Assembly: GCA_964016885.1 (NCBI GenBank)
Contig: OZ024751.1
Location: 17,236,001 to 17,300,000 of the forward strand
DNA length: 64,000 nucleotides
Direction of reading: 5' to 3'
DNA from: Eledone cirrhosa
Taxonomy: Eukaryota
Below the pieces are notes generated by a model. That model ran no database searches and had not been told where the DNA came from. It was given only the letters and a program-made list of their open reading frames with translations. This document shows positions 13,258 to 26,408 of this stretch, one piece after another. The translations under genes and the position numbers were made by a program. The number at the start of each line of letters is the position of its first letter. Positions within the stretch are counted from its first letter, which is position 1.

Positions 13258-15747
13258 AGGCGATGGATTGGCAGTATCGGTAGGGGGTCGGACACCATGC
13301 TTTGCAGCAAATAGTTACAGCTCTTTATGGTCTGAGTTCAAATCCCGCCGAGCTTAAGTTTGCCTTTCATCCTGACGTGGTCGATAAAATAAAGTACCAG
13401 TAATACAGTGGCATAATTGCTGGCCTTGTGCCAAAAGTAGAATCAATTATTTCAGCAGTTTTATTTATACATTGTACACAACTGAGGGTTTGACCAAAGA
13501 CTGCACTGATGCCATTAAGGAAGTAAGGCTATTCCACTTTAGGTGACAATGATGAAGAAAACATATATGTAATACATATATGGAAGAGATAAACTTCAGA
13601 TACTATTATTTTGTATGTTGAACCTATTTCATGGGTAGTGGATTGGCAGTATCGGTAAAGGGTCTGATGCCATGCTTTGCAGCAAAGAGTTACGGCACTT
13701 TATGGTCTGAGTTCAAATCCCGCCGAGGTTAACTTTGCCTTTCATCCTTACGGGTTCGATAATATAAAGTACCAGTAATACACTGGAATAATTGCTGGCC
13801 TTGTACCAAAAGTAGAAACAATTATTTTGTATGTTGGAACCTATTTCAATACATATTATAGAGTTACTATATCATTCATTCCTGTGGAGTAGCTTACCAA
13901 GATAATCAATCTCTCATTATTTCTAAACATCTAATCGCTGTGGATTAGCAGTATCGGAAGAGAGTCGGACACCATGCTTTACAGCATAGAGTTCCGCCCC
14001 TTTACGGTCTCAGTTAAAATCCCGCCGTAGTTAACTTTGCCTTTCATCCTTACGGGATCGATAAAATAATGTACCAGTAACGTACTGGGGTCGATTTAAT
14101 CGATACCTTCCCCCAAAATTGCTGACCTTGTGCCTATACTAGAAATCATCATTTCTAAACATCTAAGCACGTTTGATTGGCAGTTTCGGTAGAACGTCGG
14201 ACACCATGTTTCCCCGCATAGAGTTATATCCATTTACATTCTGATTTCGAATCCAGCCGAGGTTAGCTTTGCCTTTCATCCTTCCGGAATCGATAAAATA
14301 AAGGACGAGCAACGCACTAGGATCGATTTAATGAACTTTCTCCTCCGCCAAAATGGTTGGCCTGCTAATTTTCATTATTTGCTAAAAAGCCCGCGCCATT
14401 GCACATTTAATTGTTTCTACTTTAGGCACAAGGCCAGCAATTACCCAGTGCATTACTGGTACTTTATTTTATCGACCCCGTAAGGATGAAAGGCAAAGTC
14501 AACCTCGGCGGGATTTGAACTCAGATCGTAAAGGGACGTAACTGTGCTGCAAAGCATGGCGTTCGACTCTCTACCGATACTGCCAATCCAATGTAACATA
14601 ATTTTATGCAAAATACTCCACCGAATAATTGCATCACATGAAGGTCAATTTCTAGATATATGTGATGTGAAGCACACTTGACATTTTTTCTATACAAGAT
14701 ATGCTTGGCTGGCATTTTGTATCTATACTAATATTTGCTTTACAAGTTTGTAGATGTATTGCTGCCAGAGAGAAAAGGAATTAGTGTTGATGATATTTTG
14801 GAAGTTTCCTTCTAATGGGAATGGGATTCGATTTTATATTTCAATATTTGCTTAATAGCTAAATTGGCATAGTCGTTAGAGCGGCGAACAAAATGCTTTG
14901 CAGTATGTAGTTATAGCCCTCTACGTTCTGAGTTCAAATCCCGCCGTTGTTAGCTTTGCCTTTCATTCTTAAGCGGTCGATAAAATAAAGTACCAGTAAT
15001 ACACTGGAGTCTATTTATAAACTTTCTCCTCCTCCCAAATGCTTGGCCATGTGCCAAAATCAGAAACCAATATTTGCTTAATAGGTTAATTGGCAGTGTT
15101 GTTAGAGCAGCGGAGAAATTGTTTTGCGGTATATAGTTACAGTCCTCTAAGTTCTGAATTCAAATACCTTCGTGGGTAGCTTTACTTTTCAATATTAAAG
15201 GATCAACAAAATAAAGTACCAGTAATGCACTGGTGTCTATTCAATCAACTTTCCCCTCCTCCCAAATTCTTGGTGTATGTGATAGCTTGGTTAGATGGCC
15301 TTCTCCAAGGTATATCTCGTTGAAGGTGTCTTGGATAATTTAATGATAGGGACCCCAGTCCTATCATCTCATTTCTACAACTAAGTAAACTGGAGCAACG
15401 TGAAATAAAGTGTCTTGCTCAAGGAAACAACACATCACCCGGTCCGAGAATTGAACTTACAACCTTTCGATTGCAAGCCCAATGCTCTAACCACTAAGCC
15501 ATGTGCCTTCACGTCTTCAAATTCTTGTCAATGTGCATAAATCAGAAAACAATATTTGCTTAATAGGTGAATTGGTAGTGTCGTTAGAGCGGCGGACAAC
15601 ATGCTTTCTGGTATATAGTTACGAGCCTCTATTTTCTGAGTTCAAATCGTCGAGGTTAACTTTGCGTTTCTGCCTTACGGGGTATATAAAATGAAGTACC
15701 AGTAACACACTTCAAATTCCTGGCCATATGCCAAAAGTAGAAACAAA
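13258..15747. mobile_element. Cluster of eight Meta-type SINEs (13258-13449+, 13633-13824+, 13938-14148+, 14170-14365+, 14409-14590-, 14858-15071+, 15083-15552+ interrupted, 15566-15747+)
   Basis: Each copy shows A/B boxes and the family core. Visible target-site duplications include ATTATTTCAGCAGTTTT (13240/13447) and ATTATTTTGTATGTTG(G)AACCTATTTCA (13605/13821). Confidence 0.9.
15299..15512 (-). mobile_element. CORE-type tRNA-derived SINE nested in a Meta-type SINE
   Basis: Minus strand reads GTGAAGGCACATGGCTTAGTGGTTAGAGC...TCCTTGAGCAAGACACTTTATTTCACGTTGCTCCAG (CORE-like). Near-identical to 53987-54192. Confidence 0.8.
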
Positions 15748-16180
15748 ATGTTGCTTCAATCTATAAAAATATATTCGATATTGTCTACTTTGTTTTATTT
15801 TCTACGTCTCTCCTTTTATGCAGGGTAGGCCTATTCTATTTACTCGGAGGTGGCGTGTAATAGTTTGAGAATTAATTCAGTAGTAATTTATTTCAAAATG
15901 TTCTCCAAGACTTTTAATTCAAATAACCTCTAGTGTATTATTTTTAGCATCAATTTCATTATTATTTTTGTTAATATGGTTCACTCAAATGTTCTTCATT
16001 GATGTTATTATCACCATACGTACATTATCACGATTTCTGTTATTTTCACTGTAGGTTATAGCTGCTTTGCCAAACACATTTCCGTTTGCCTGTTGATTTG
16101 GTGTGTTTTACTCCTGCATTGAAAGCAATTTTTGTAATTTTGTGTAGTGTCACACAAACACACACACGCACGTAATTATA

Positions 16181-16380
16181 TACGGGTAAATGTCCCTGAT
16201 AACGAATATCATTATAACGAATTTTTAAGTATAACGAAATCTTTTATAATATCCGATCACAAGCCTATTGAAACAACGATAAAAAATCTCGTTTTAACGA
16301 AATTCATTACAACGAATATTACAGTACAACGAACGAAAATTGAGCCCGAAGCAGTCATAATCCCTCGCTACAACGAAAAA
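16181..16380 (+). mobile_element. Possible pogo/Tigger-like DNA transposon end
   Basis: Repeated TATAACGAA/TACAACGAA motifs typical of Tigger-like subterminal repeats. The second end was not found. Confidence 0.35.
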
Positions 16381-16444
16381 ACAAATTAAATTTCCACATG
16401 CTCCGTCTCGCAGAATTCTCATCCAGCTAAAAGACTCGAACCCC

Positions 16445-16825
16445 CAAATTAGTGACCTAAAATTAGTATCTTTATTTAAGCGATGGCCAACCGGAAGTGT
16501 TGGCTTTTCAGAAATATTAAAGAAGTGATTCTTTAAATAAACAAAATATATTTAATCAACAGCCATGAAATTTAGTAGATAAATTATGTAATATTCATTC
16601 ATTATTTATTCAGAGTTACGGCCCTTGCCATTCTGAGTTCAAATCCCGCCGAGGTTAACTTTGCCTTTCATCCTTACGAGGTCGATAAAATAAAGTAACA
16701 GTAATACACTGGATAATTGCTGGCCTTGTGCCAAAAGAAGAAACAATTATTTATTCAAAGTAATCCAACTTATTTTACTAATGGGATAAAACATTATAAA
16801 CTGTACGCAGTCCCGCGCTCCTTAC
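16445..16825 (+). repeat. Dispersed repeat carrying a 5'-truncated SINE at 16612-16749; inverted paralogue at 55900-56145
   Basis: Long match to 55900-56145 in reverse. The SINE is flanked by TSD ATTATTTATTCA. Confidence 0.8.
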
Positions 16826-19487
16826 TTTATTATAGTTTAGATATAGATATTCAAACACAATAGATGCACCATTTACGTACGTCTCTCTCTCTCTTCCTTG
16901 TCTTAGAAGCCTCAGAGAAGTTCTTAAACTGTAATATCAGGACTAATTAAGTACAGTATTTCAGCGGTAACATTTCAATATCTTTGTTGTAATTATTTCA
17001 TTGTAATGTTCTGTCTGCATTGTTCTTACATTCTTAACACATACTAAACTAAAATGTCATATATTCAGTTTAGAGTAGCTATTTGAATAAAAAGAAAAAC
17101 ACTGATTCGTTCTTATTAATTCAATTTGTCGACCTACCATTGAAATGTGGATATTTTTGCACACACAAAGAACAAAATAAATTGTGCTGTTTTGTTTCGG
17201 TTTTGTTAAATTTCTATTTTGGATCCCAAAGTAAAAAGTACTCATTTGTTTCTGTGGTTTTATATAAATTATGGAAAACAAAGCGAAAAAAAAGCGACAA
17301 TTTTTGTTTTACGAAAAGTTGGAAATTCTGAATTGTGTTATATTATATATAAGTTCTGGAGTTTTGACTATATATCTGTCTGGCCCGTTTTTCATCATTC
17401 CCAAGCATCTATCATTTTAGGGACAGTCGTCGTACTCATCATACACATTCGGGTTATTTCTACTTCTAATTCATCATTATTTACTGCGGAATTGCTGGCC
17501 TTGTGCCAAAAATAGAAACACTTATCATTATTATGTTTATTATTATTTATTATTCTCTCTCTTGTAACATCATGACGTGCTTTAACTCCACAATAATATC
17601 GATGTTTTCCTTCTCTTTCAGTTTATTTACTGAAGTGTTTTGACTGAGTGAAAAGGATATTTAACAGAACAGGTAAGGAAATGTAATGTTTTCCGCATAT
17701 AAAATCACACACACAAACAAACACGCATACACACATACATACATGTATGTATAACCATATATATATATATACACATTCAAATTTGTGTTTTTTATTCCAC
17801 AATGCTTCAAACAAACTACAACACGTTGTTATACATGTATATATATATAGGATGGCTGCAAATTCTCTCTGCTAGGAGTATTGCAATCGCCTGTCAGATT
17901 ATAGAGTTTGGTGCACGTTTAGGCTACGCCCAGCCACACGAACCTGTAACATATTCTGAACAAGCAATGCTTGTGCTTTGACGGTTTTTTTAAGTGTGGC
18001 AAGGTCTTGCACTCGACAATTCCCACTATCTGAGCATCGAAAACACAACTCGAAAAGGAGAACTGATCAACATCATCGGATGCTTCCGAAGCCGCAGGTT
18101 TTTTTTTTCTGTGTTTCCTTCTCTTAGACAGGTATTGTGACAACAAGTGGGGGCTTTTCACTCCCAATATATATACACCCATACACACACTCAGGAATCT
18201 CAAAGTGACATACAGTGTGTCTTAGATTCCATCTTTCTCCAGGTTGAAGCAAGCGATTCTTTCATACAGAGAGAGAGTGAGGGGGGGGAGGGAGAGTGAT
18301 GTAAAAACGGGATACAGAGTAAGAGTCTACTTCGATGGTGAGCATGTGTTAAATGTATTTATCTGTGATTATATTTGAATTCTGAACGCAGAATTTCGGA
18401 ACAAATACTGCAAAAAGGTTTAATGTTCTAACATTCTTATGTTATAAGTTCTCATATATTATCAAGTAATTGGCCAATTTATTTAGTAAGAAAGTTCAAA
18501 ATTTAATATCCTATTCAAATGTCAACAGGATACATTGGTATATTGGTATTCGGTTTATAAGGCGCAACCAAATTTAATAGAAATAATGACGAATTGTATT
18601 GTTATGGTTGTGTTACATATGAATCAAACTGTCATTAATGAGACCACTGTGATAACGATATGAATAACTACATGTAATTACCTGTAGGTGGCTTCTGTAT
18701 GAATTATTTATGTAAATTAACGTCGGTGTTCGCATATTTAGTGTCATGTGCAGAGGGATTAATTGCAATTTCACATGGAGTGAGGTGAAACCCATTAAAT
18801 GAATAATTCATTATTGTCAAAAGAGAGAGTTGAGACATCGGTAGAATTGAAATTAATTAGAAATAAAATTTTGTGGTGAAGGAATATATTAGTTTGTAGT
18901 GTAGGTAAACCTCCGGTCTTGTCTCAGTTATTAGGCAGTTGGTAGCAAAGGTGTACAGCCGATCGTTTTTATGTCAAAAATCTTGCAGCTACAGCATTTG
19001 TTTCCGTAAAATATTGCCATAAAATATTTGAAAATTCACGAAGATTATTAGGTTTAAATTTCCAAACTCAGTCTCATCTTATATTATGCTAATAATTTAC
19101 ACGTTGCATAAACACCGTATTTGATATGAAACAAAACCAAATACAGCATTATTCTTTAGTAAAAGAACAACAAACATGAAACAACTATGTTCTGTTTATA
19201 TTTCACGTTTGTGTGTGAATGCATTAATTTAAAAGTTACTCGAAATATCTGTTATATGCAATTCTGCCTCGATCAATTTGAAAAGCAAAGTTTGGCTATT
19301 ATTCTAGAGAGTTTTGGCTGCGACTAGTTTAAAATTATATTCAATCTCTCAAGAAAAATGCTGATATCACATACCCTAGTGTGAATTTACTTACGGCTGT
19401 TTCGACAGGTAGATCCTAATGGATCTACTACCCTAGGTATCGAGTACTCTGGTGCGTTATGATCCACCTGGTATCGTACCACACCCT

Positions 19488-19556
<69 letters not shown>

Positions 19557-19558
<2 letters not shown>

Positions 19559-19721
19559 CATTAAAATAACAGATTATAGATTAAGCAAAAGAGAACCGAT
19601 TTTTTGTTTAAAGTTTAATCTGTTATTTTAATAAATATTTGGTCTAGCGTTCTGATATATTTGATATATATTTATCCTTATCGAGCCCTCTTTCGATTCT
19701 AGTCTTCACATTTATTATTAT

Positions 19722-19724
<3 letters not shown>
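19557..19724 (+). mobile_element. Family B (TA)n-embedded PLE-like terminal repeat, 3' part with a fold-back 5' end
   Basis: Homologous to 30021-30178, 35784-35950 and 36340-36497. It starts with the hairpin TTAAAATAACAGATT...AATCTGTTATTTTAA. Confidence 0.7.
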
Positions 19725-19756
<32 letters not shown>

Positions 19757-19952
19757 TTCGACAAGACTAGAAATATTTTGTTCGTTTGATTGAAATCCTC
19801 ATAATTACTGTTCCCCTCATTTTCTGCCAGATTCAACAGCTTTCCAAAAGGTGGCGACTTGAATATATTTTTTTCTCGAAGAGATATTTGCGTTTGTGAC
19901 ACTGCCCATCCTCCTCTATCTTTCTATGTGTGCTTTAATTTAATCATGTTAC

Positions 19953-19989
19953 GGTTTGATGAAGGACAAGCGTCCGAAATGGTAAGACC
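19953..19989 (+). ncRNA. Degenerate minimal hammerhead (C3->U)
   Basis: GGT-TTGATGA-AGGAC AAGC GTCC-GAAA-TGGTAAG-ACC. Stem II is perfect but stem III is poor. It lies in a TA-flanked island. Confidence 0.45.
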
Positions 19990-20840
19990 ATTTTGTTAAA
20001 CTATTTAGCGTAAAACTGCTATATTTCTCCATTGTACTGTGTCGTTTACTTTATTTCTATTTGCATTCTGCATATATACATAAAGATTGCCGCGCAAGCG
20101 TGGAAAATATAGTTCAAGGAATACACATAATATCGACACTAATACACATACATTGCATTTTGCGCTCCCAAATCGATACCAAGACTACCTAATAGTTTGC
20201 CTTGTTTACTCATTTTCGTTATTTTTTTAAGTAAAAGCAATTATTGTAAAGTAGAAACCATTATTTGGTTTGTTTATTTTTTACTTTTGTATCTATCTTT
20301 ATGAGCCTGTCTCAGTCTCAATTTTGCACCCCCGAAGACTTATTAAAGCTCGACACGTCAAATTTTCTTTCACCTTTTCCAGATAAATCGTGAAACTAAG
20401 ACGTACCTCTGTTTTGCCATTTCCTTGAATTATATATATATCCTCGCACTTCCACTCACTCACTCTCTGTTTCTCCCCTTCTCACTTCCTCCCGTTTGGC
20501 TTACAGTGGGTCTCTTCTTGCTTACATCTCACTCACGTCGGACGGTCTGTACCTTTTGCTCATGAAATCCACCCAGCTTATGCTGACCGGACAACCATGT
20601 TGCTTGTTTTTTTCCTATCTTTGGTTTGCTTTTATCCTTCTATGTTGTTTACTTGTCCCCCTCGCTTTACGCGATTTACTGGTCCCAATAACTGTTTTTA
20701 GTTATTGCTCGCACTAACCTGAGGTATATGATTTTTAATGCGATGAAATACCAATGATGGTTGGAAAATCACTGACGAAGGACTATTTTTATCATATGTA
20801 ACCCATGTGCAACCACGCAGTATTCTTCTTTCTTCTCATG

Positions 20841-20924
<84 letters not shown>

Positions 20925-22519
20925 ATATAAATATATAGTTTCACCGAGTGTGTATGTATGCATAAGTTAACAAATTCAAATAGGTGGAGTAATAGTGATC
21001 ATAGAATAATAGAATTTCATATTTCGAGTTTCTAGTTCGGCAAATGATAGGACCCATTACCGACGCCTTGACTAAAGATAACATACATGCGTAAATTGTA
21101 TATATTTTTTATGTGAGGTGTACGTGTGTTTTTTAACAAGTTTCCCTCCACCTGAGTGATGACCACGAATTGAGCATCTTTGCTCCACTTTTCTGAAATA
21201 TAAACACACTTAGCACATACACACGCATATTCATACATCAATCTTTATGTGTATACCTTATTTTGATTCACCATGCTAGCTTTTGAATACCTCCAAAATC
21301 GATTGAGGTTTGTGACACTGCAAAAGGCCAAAATATTTTGGGAAAATTTAATAGTCTTTTTCTCAACGTAGTATTGACTCGTACTTATAAAAATGATCTT
21401 AAAGAGCAGAATGGCAAGATCAAATACAATGAGTGAAGAATTCAAAGAAATAGGAGAGTTATGTGGCTAGTATAAGACTTGAAATGTGACCCTCTACCGT
21501 TTTTAATAGCTCAGCTCTCATAAAACCAGAGTAATATCGATTTCTTATTCTGACAGATGGTCATGAATTAGTAATGAAGGAAGGGATAAAATCGTTTGAA
21601 TAATTGACTGGAAATAATTTTATTGGCCTTTTAGAAAATAAATGCAAGATCAATCCACGCTGTGTAGAAATTCATAATGTAGCGTTGCTGAATGGAAAAA
21701 AAAACATTAAGTCAATTTATACAAGGGTTATACAGATTTTTGTCTGTTTATATTCTTTACACACCAAGAATATAATGAATCTATTGCTGATGATACAATA
21801 TGAAGAAGGTGATGGTGGTGATGAGAATGATGATGAGGTGAAGAAGGAGAAAGTGTTTATAGTGGTGGAATCGGTGATAGTTTGGGTTAGTGTATGTTGG
21901 TGTTCGTGGTAGTCCTGGCTGTGGCTGGTGGTGATGATCTGATTTGTGGTTCTGTTGTTGTTGGTTGTAGTGGTGTTAGTGTTGTTTGTTGTGGTGGTTG
22001 CGGCGTTAGTGCTGGTAGTAATGAACACATGATAATAGTGTTATTGAAGGGATGAAGATAATGGTGGACGTTATGCCGATGATACTGGTGTTGATGACAG
22101 TGGTGGTAATGATTATGAACCGTATATTAATTATGATGATAATGATAATTAAAGTGAATTAAATGATAATTACAAGGCGAGGAATCGTAGAGTGGTTAGG
22201 ATGTCATAAGACGTGCCACGTTAATTGTTCCAGATCGTTGCGCTCTACCTTGAAATTCTTCAGAAGTTAACGTTGCTCTCTACTCCGCTTCGAGATCCAG
22301 TACTGGAGACGATTCATCTTCTATCTCTCTTTATCCTCTACCTTCCTCACAATCTTTATCTCTCCTATATTTTGGAAGAAATCGAATGTAATGAGACCTG
22401 GAGATTGATGAGCAACGGTGGGGTTTAAATGCCCACCACAGGTAGGTAGTATGCCAGGAACCCCCGGTTCTAAAAATCAATCTTGAATTGGCCTCTTCAT
22501 GAAAAATGGTAATAAATTT

Positions 22520-22700
22520 ATGCCAGGACTAAGCGAGTACACGCATGATCCATGACAATATGGAATGGCTCTTCCAGCGCATCTCCCTTACCATCCTCCG
22601 GGGAAACGCCTTCTCCATTCTGTCCGCCGGAGCTGTGGGGCGGCCAGCACGTGGGACCCCATTTGCTCATAATACAGATTGGTGGGCAGGGTGAGAGAGA
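22520..22700 (+). pseudogene. 3' fragment of a CRE-like non-LTR retrotransposon
   Basis: Frame GAATGGCTCTTCCAGCGCATCTCCCTTACCATCCTCCGGGGAAACGCC gives EWLFQRISLTILRGNAFSILS, the CRE C-terminal motif. Not in the ORF track. Confidence 0.65.
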
Positions 22701-24384
22701 TGGAGGTGGTGACAGTGGGAGTTCGATTTTTCCGCGTTCGAACACATTTGTCAAACTGTAGGTTTTATGAAACAATTGTATCATAATAAGCCTACCAACT
22801 AGCCAGCTAAACCACCAGTGTGACAGACAGCCAGCTAGTTATCCAGCCGTTACTATATCCTGTCATTTTTCTATTCACATGGGACACAGTACCATATTAT
22901 CTAATCTGTACTGTGGTTTTTCTAATGCTGTTGAGTATAGTTGAGGGAGATTTGGCTTCTATACCCAACAGGTTAAGCAACAACACAGATGCTGCCTACT
23001 TTTAGAGTATTTTCCAGAAAGTTGCAGTGTAGTATGCTTCGCATCTCCCTCCCATCTGACGTGTGTATGTGTGTGTGAGAACGTTGGGCATGGAGACATT
23101 TCAACGACAGATGTTTCAATTGATTGCACAAAAAACCCGCTTAGTTGAGATATTAATTTTGCAATTGGCTTAGTATATGAGAGGCACGTGTACTTTTAAT
23201 ATAGTTCCCAGGGAGACTGAGCATGGCACACTGTTTGATGATAAGAATGTTTATAGTGGTGGAATCGGTGGTGGTTTGGGTTCTGTCGTTATTGTATATT
23301 AGTGTTAATGGTAGTGCTGGCTTTGGTGGTGAGGCTATTTGTAGTTTTGATGTTGAAAGTGGTGGTGGCGATGGTATTGTTAGTGTTGATTGTTGTGGTG
23401 GTTGCTGGGTTGGTGCTGGTAGTAATGATAATTGTTTCTAGTATTAGCACAAGGCCAGCAATTACCCCAGTGCTTTATTTTATCGATCCCGTAAGATTGA
23501 AAGGCACAGTTAACCTCGTGGTGTTATTTAAAGGATGAAGATAATGGTGGACATTTTGCCGATGATAATGGTTTTAATGACAGTGGTGTCAATTTTAACA
23601 TAGTTCTCTGAGATATTGAGCAAGGAACCGTGTGTGAGTAGGGTAACTCTTTTGAATTACAGGTACAGATCAAGTATGCTAGCTGAGTAATGCTGGACTA
23701 CCTGGAAAACACATCTTGCTGACGGACACAATTCTCCAAAGATCGAGAGCCTAACGTCTACGCCACGTACATATATTGCAGTAGTGAATATATGGAAGAT
23801 TGTTTCTATGGTAACGATGTTGTTAATATATAAGAGTGTTCGCATATATTTTGTATTTGTCACATACAGGTGAGGATATTGAATAATGAGATTGATAGTG
23901 TTCAAACTGTGTTTGTTTGTTTTGTCAACGAAATCTCAGAGCCTCTAGCTACCATTTGATTAGATATGAATTGACTACGAAATTACTAGAAAAAGCGCAG
24001 AGTTCAGCACATTAATAATTAGGAAATTTGCCGATAATTAGTGGAAAGAGTTTACAGGTAATGAAGAAGGCGGTAGATAAAAACTGAAATATATAAACGA
24101 CAAAATACATAATTAACTACTTAATTAAGAAACACCTCGGAGGCAAATCACGGAACGTAGACTGTTTAACACGTAGATATCAGATTGTTGTTGCTGCTTC
24201 TGTTGTAACGATTACGTTACAACGAAATTACCAAAATGAAACAAAAAGAAAACTAGAAAATATCGGTGATTGAATGAACTCTGCCTAGAGCGTCATATTT
24301 AAGGGATATTGTTTATTGTGGGTGTTTTTGAATGGTTTATTACGAAAACACAGCATAAGCTAAAAATGATCTTCACATTCTCAG

Positions 24385-24386
<2 letters not shown>

Positions 24387-24430
<44 letters not shown>

Positions 24431-25015
24431 TCCTTCTCACTTTCTTTCTATCTCTCTCTCTTCTACTCACTTTCTTTCTATCTCACTTTCTCTCTCTCTC
24501 TCACTCTCTCCTTCTCACTTTCTTTCTATCTCTCTCTCTTCTACTCACTTTCTTTCTATCTCACTTTCTCTCTCCCTCTCACTCTCTCCTTCTCACTTTC
24601 TTTCTATCTCTCTCTCTTCTACTCACTTTCTTTCTATCTCACTTTCTCTCTCCCTCTCACTCTCTCCTTCTCACTTTCTTTCTATCTCTCTCACTTCTAC
24701 TCACTTTCTTTCTATCTCACTTTCTCTCTCCCTCTCACTCTCTCCTTCTCACTTTCTTTCTATCACTCTCTCTTCTACTCACTTTCTTTCTATCTCACTT
24801 TCTCTCTCTCTCTCACTCTCTCCTTCTCACTTTCTTTCTATCTCTCTCTCTTCTACTCACTTTCTCTCTCCCTCTCACTCTCTCCTTCTCACTTTCTTTC
24901 TATCTCTCTCTCTTCTACTCACTTTCTTTCTATCTCACTTTCTCTCCCCCTCTCACTCTCTCCTTCTCACTTTCTTTCTATCTCTCTCTCTTCTACTCAC
25001 TTTCTTTCTATCTCA

Positions 25016-25058
<43 letters not shown>
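24387..25058. repeat. CT-rich minisatellite (~75-80-bp higher-order unit) grown within (CT)n
   Basis: Repeated TCTCACTCTCTCCTTCTCACTTTCTTTCTATCTCTCTCTCTTCTACTCACTTTCTTTCTA. Confidence 0.95.
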
Positions 25059-25099
<41 letters not shown>

Positions 25100-25104
<5 letters not shown>

Positions 25105-25320
25105 TCTCTCTGGGAAGATAAAGGTAGACTATAACGCACCAGAGTAGTCAACACTTAGAGTAGTAGGATGGGTAATATGAAAATAGTCAGGACGCCGACG
25201 GCTGAGCTCCAGCCGATTCGACAGCTAGATCTGAACCAAGTCAATTATGCCAAGGCTTAGGTCGGATCTAGCAGTCGAAACGACCGGAGCTCAGCCATCG
25301 GGGTCCAAACTCTTTTCCCA
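25100..25320. mobile_element. Family C (TA)n-embedded fold-back element containing a hammerhead 3' half
   Basis: Imperfect palindrome 25190-25306 with GAAA...TC-GGGGTCC. It shares ATAACGCACCAGAGTA...AGTAG with 51032-51224 and 19392-19492. Confidence 0.65.
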
Positions 25321-25973
25321 TATATATATGTATGTAATATTAGGTAAGTTGTAACCGCTATATAGCAGGTGCTAATAGAGTGGTGTAAGGCTATCACAAA
25401 GCACTCAATGGGTCGAAAAGGTAAACATTATCGTCCAGAGTAACAATATGGTATAGGTGATTCGGTAAATTACAGGTGGTGGTGCCAATATGAGCCGTCC
25501 ATGCACAGTCAGTGTATATGTGAAAAGAACCATAAAGTTTCCTTTACACATGTTTATTGAGTATCGATCTGTTACGTAGATTTCACGGCTGATTGGCTCG
25601 AAGAAGTTATGGACCTCATCCTAGCATCGAGCAGCTCGTCAGACTTGGTGATTCCGCATAAATTGACGTCAGATTTGAAAAATTCGCTACAGCATGGGAT
25701 GTGTCATTCGAATCTGTGCCTTATGAGTTCAAAAATATGTTTTGTTCATTGTGCTGTTCAGTCAATCCGGATCGATAAAGAAAGCACCAAACCTTCTAGT
25801 TTTTACATCCTGAATGTCCCATTGGAGAGAAGAGGGCCCGTCAGGTGCGTTCTGACTATTTATTGGGCCCTTAAAATTCAATGCGAAGACATAGTACAAA
25901 CCCATACAGGTTTGTGAGTGGCGGCTATAGTGCATACATATATATATATTTATATATATAGATACACACACAA

Positions 25974-26043
<70 letters not shown>

Positions 26044-26158
26044 ATATATTATTAAGTGTAAGGAATTCTTTTACAATGGAATTGCAATATATATACAGAT
26101 GTGTTGGTATCTGTGTTTCATCATATATATTAGTTTATATTGATATATATATGTATAT

Positions 26159-26343
26159 ATTGATACAAGGAAGATTAATCGTTTTAAAAGGTATCTATAT
26201 TTAAAGTTCTAGTTAAACTTTAATTAGTTACCTACCTAGCTGTGTGTGCTTACACACTTTTACAAATTATTCCCTGTGATTGTTTCATATGTTTATTTTA
26301 GATATATATATATATGTATGTCAATCAATTTCTCGTTGATATA

Positions 26344-26408
<65 letters not shown>

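Noticed and set aside
18600-18860. TAAT-rich repeat-free block resembling a conserved enhancer
   Set aside because: Conservation cannot be judged from one sequence, and the motifs are common in AT-rich DNA.
23663-23869. Possible host exon (TTACAG acceptor, CAG|GTGAGG donor)
   Set aside because: There are stops in all frames near the start and no recognisable peptide. It could be a UTR exon but needs RNA-seq.
24309-25121. 270-aa Ser/Leu ORF
   Set aside because: It is a translation of the CT minisatellite.
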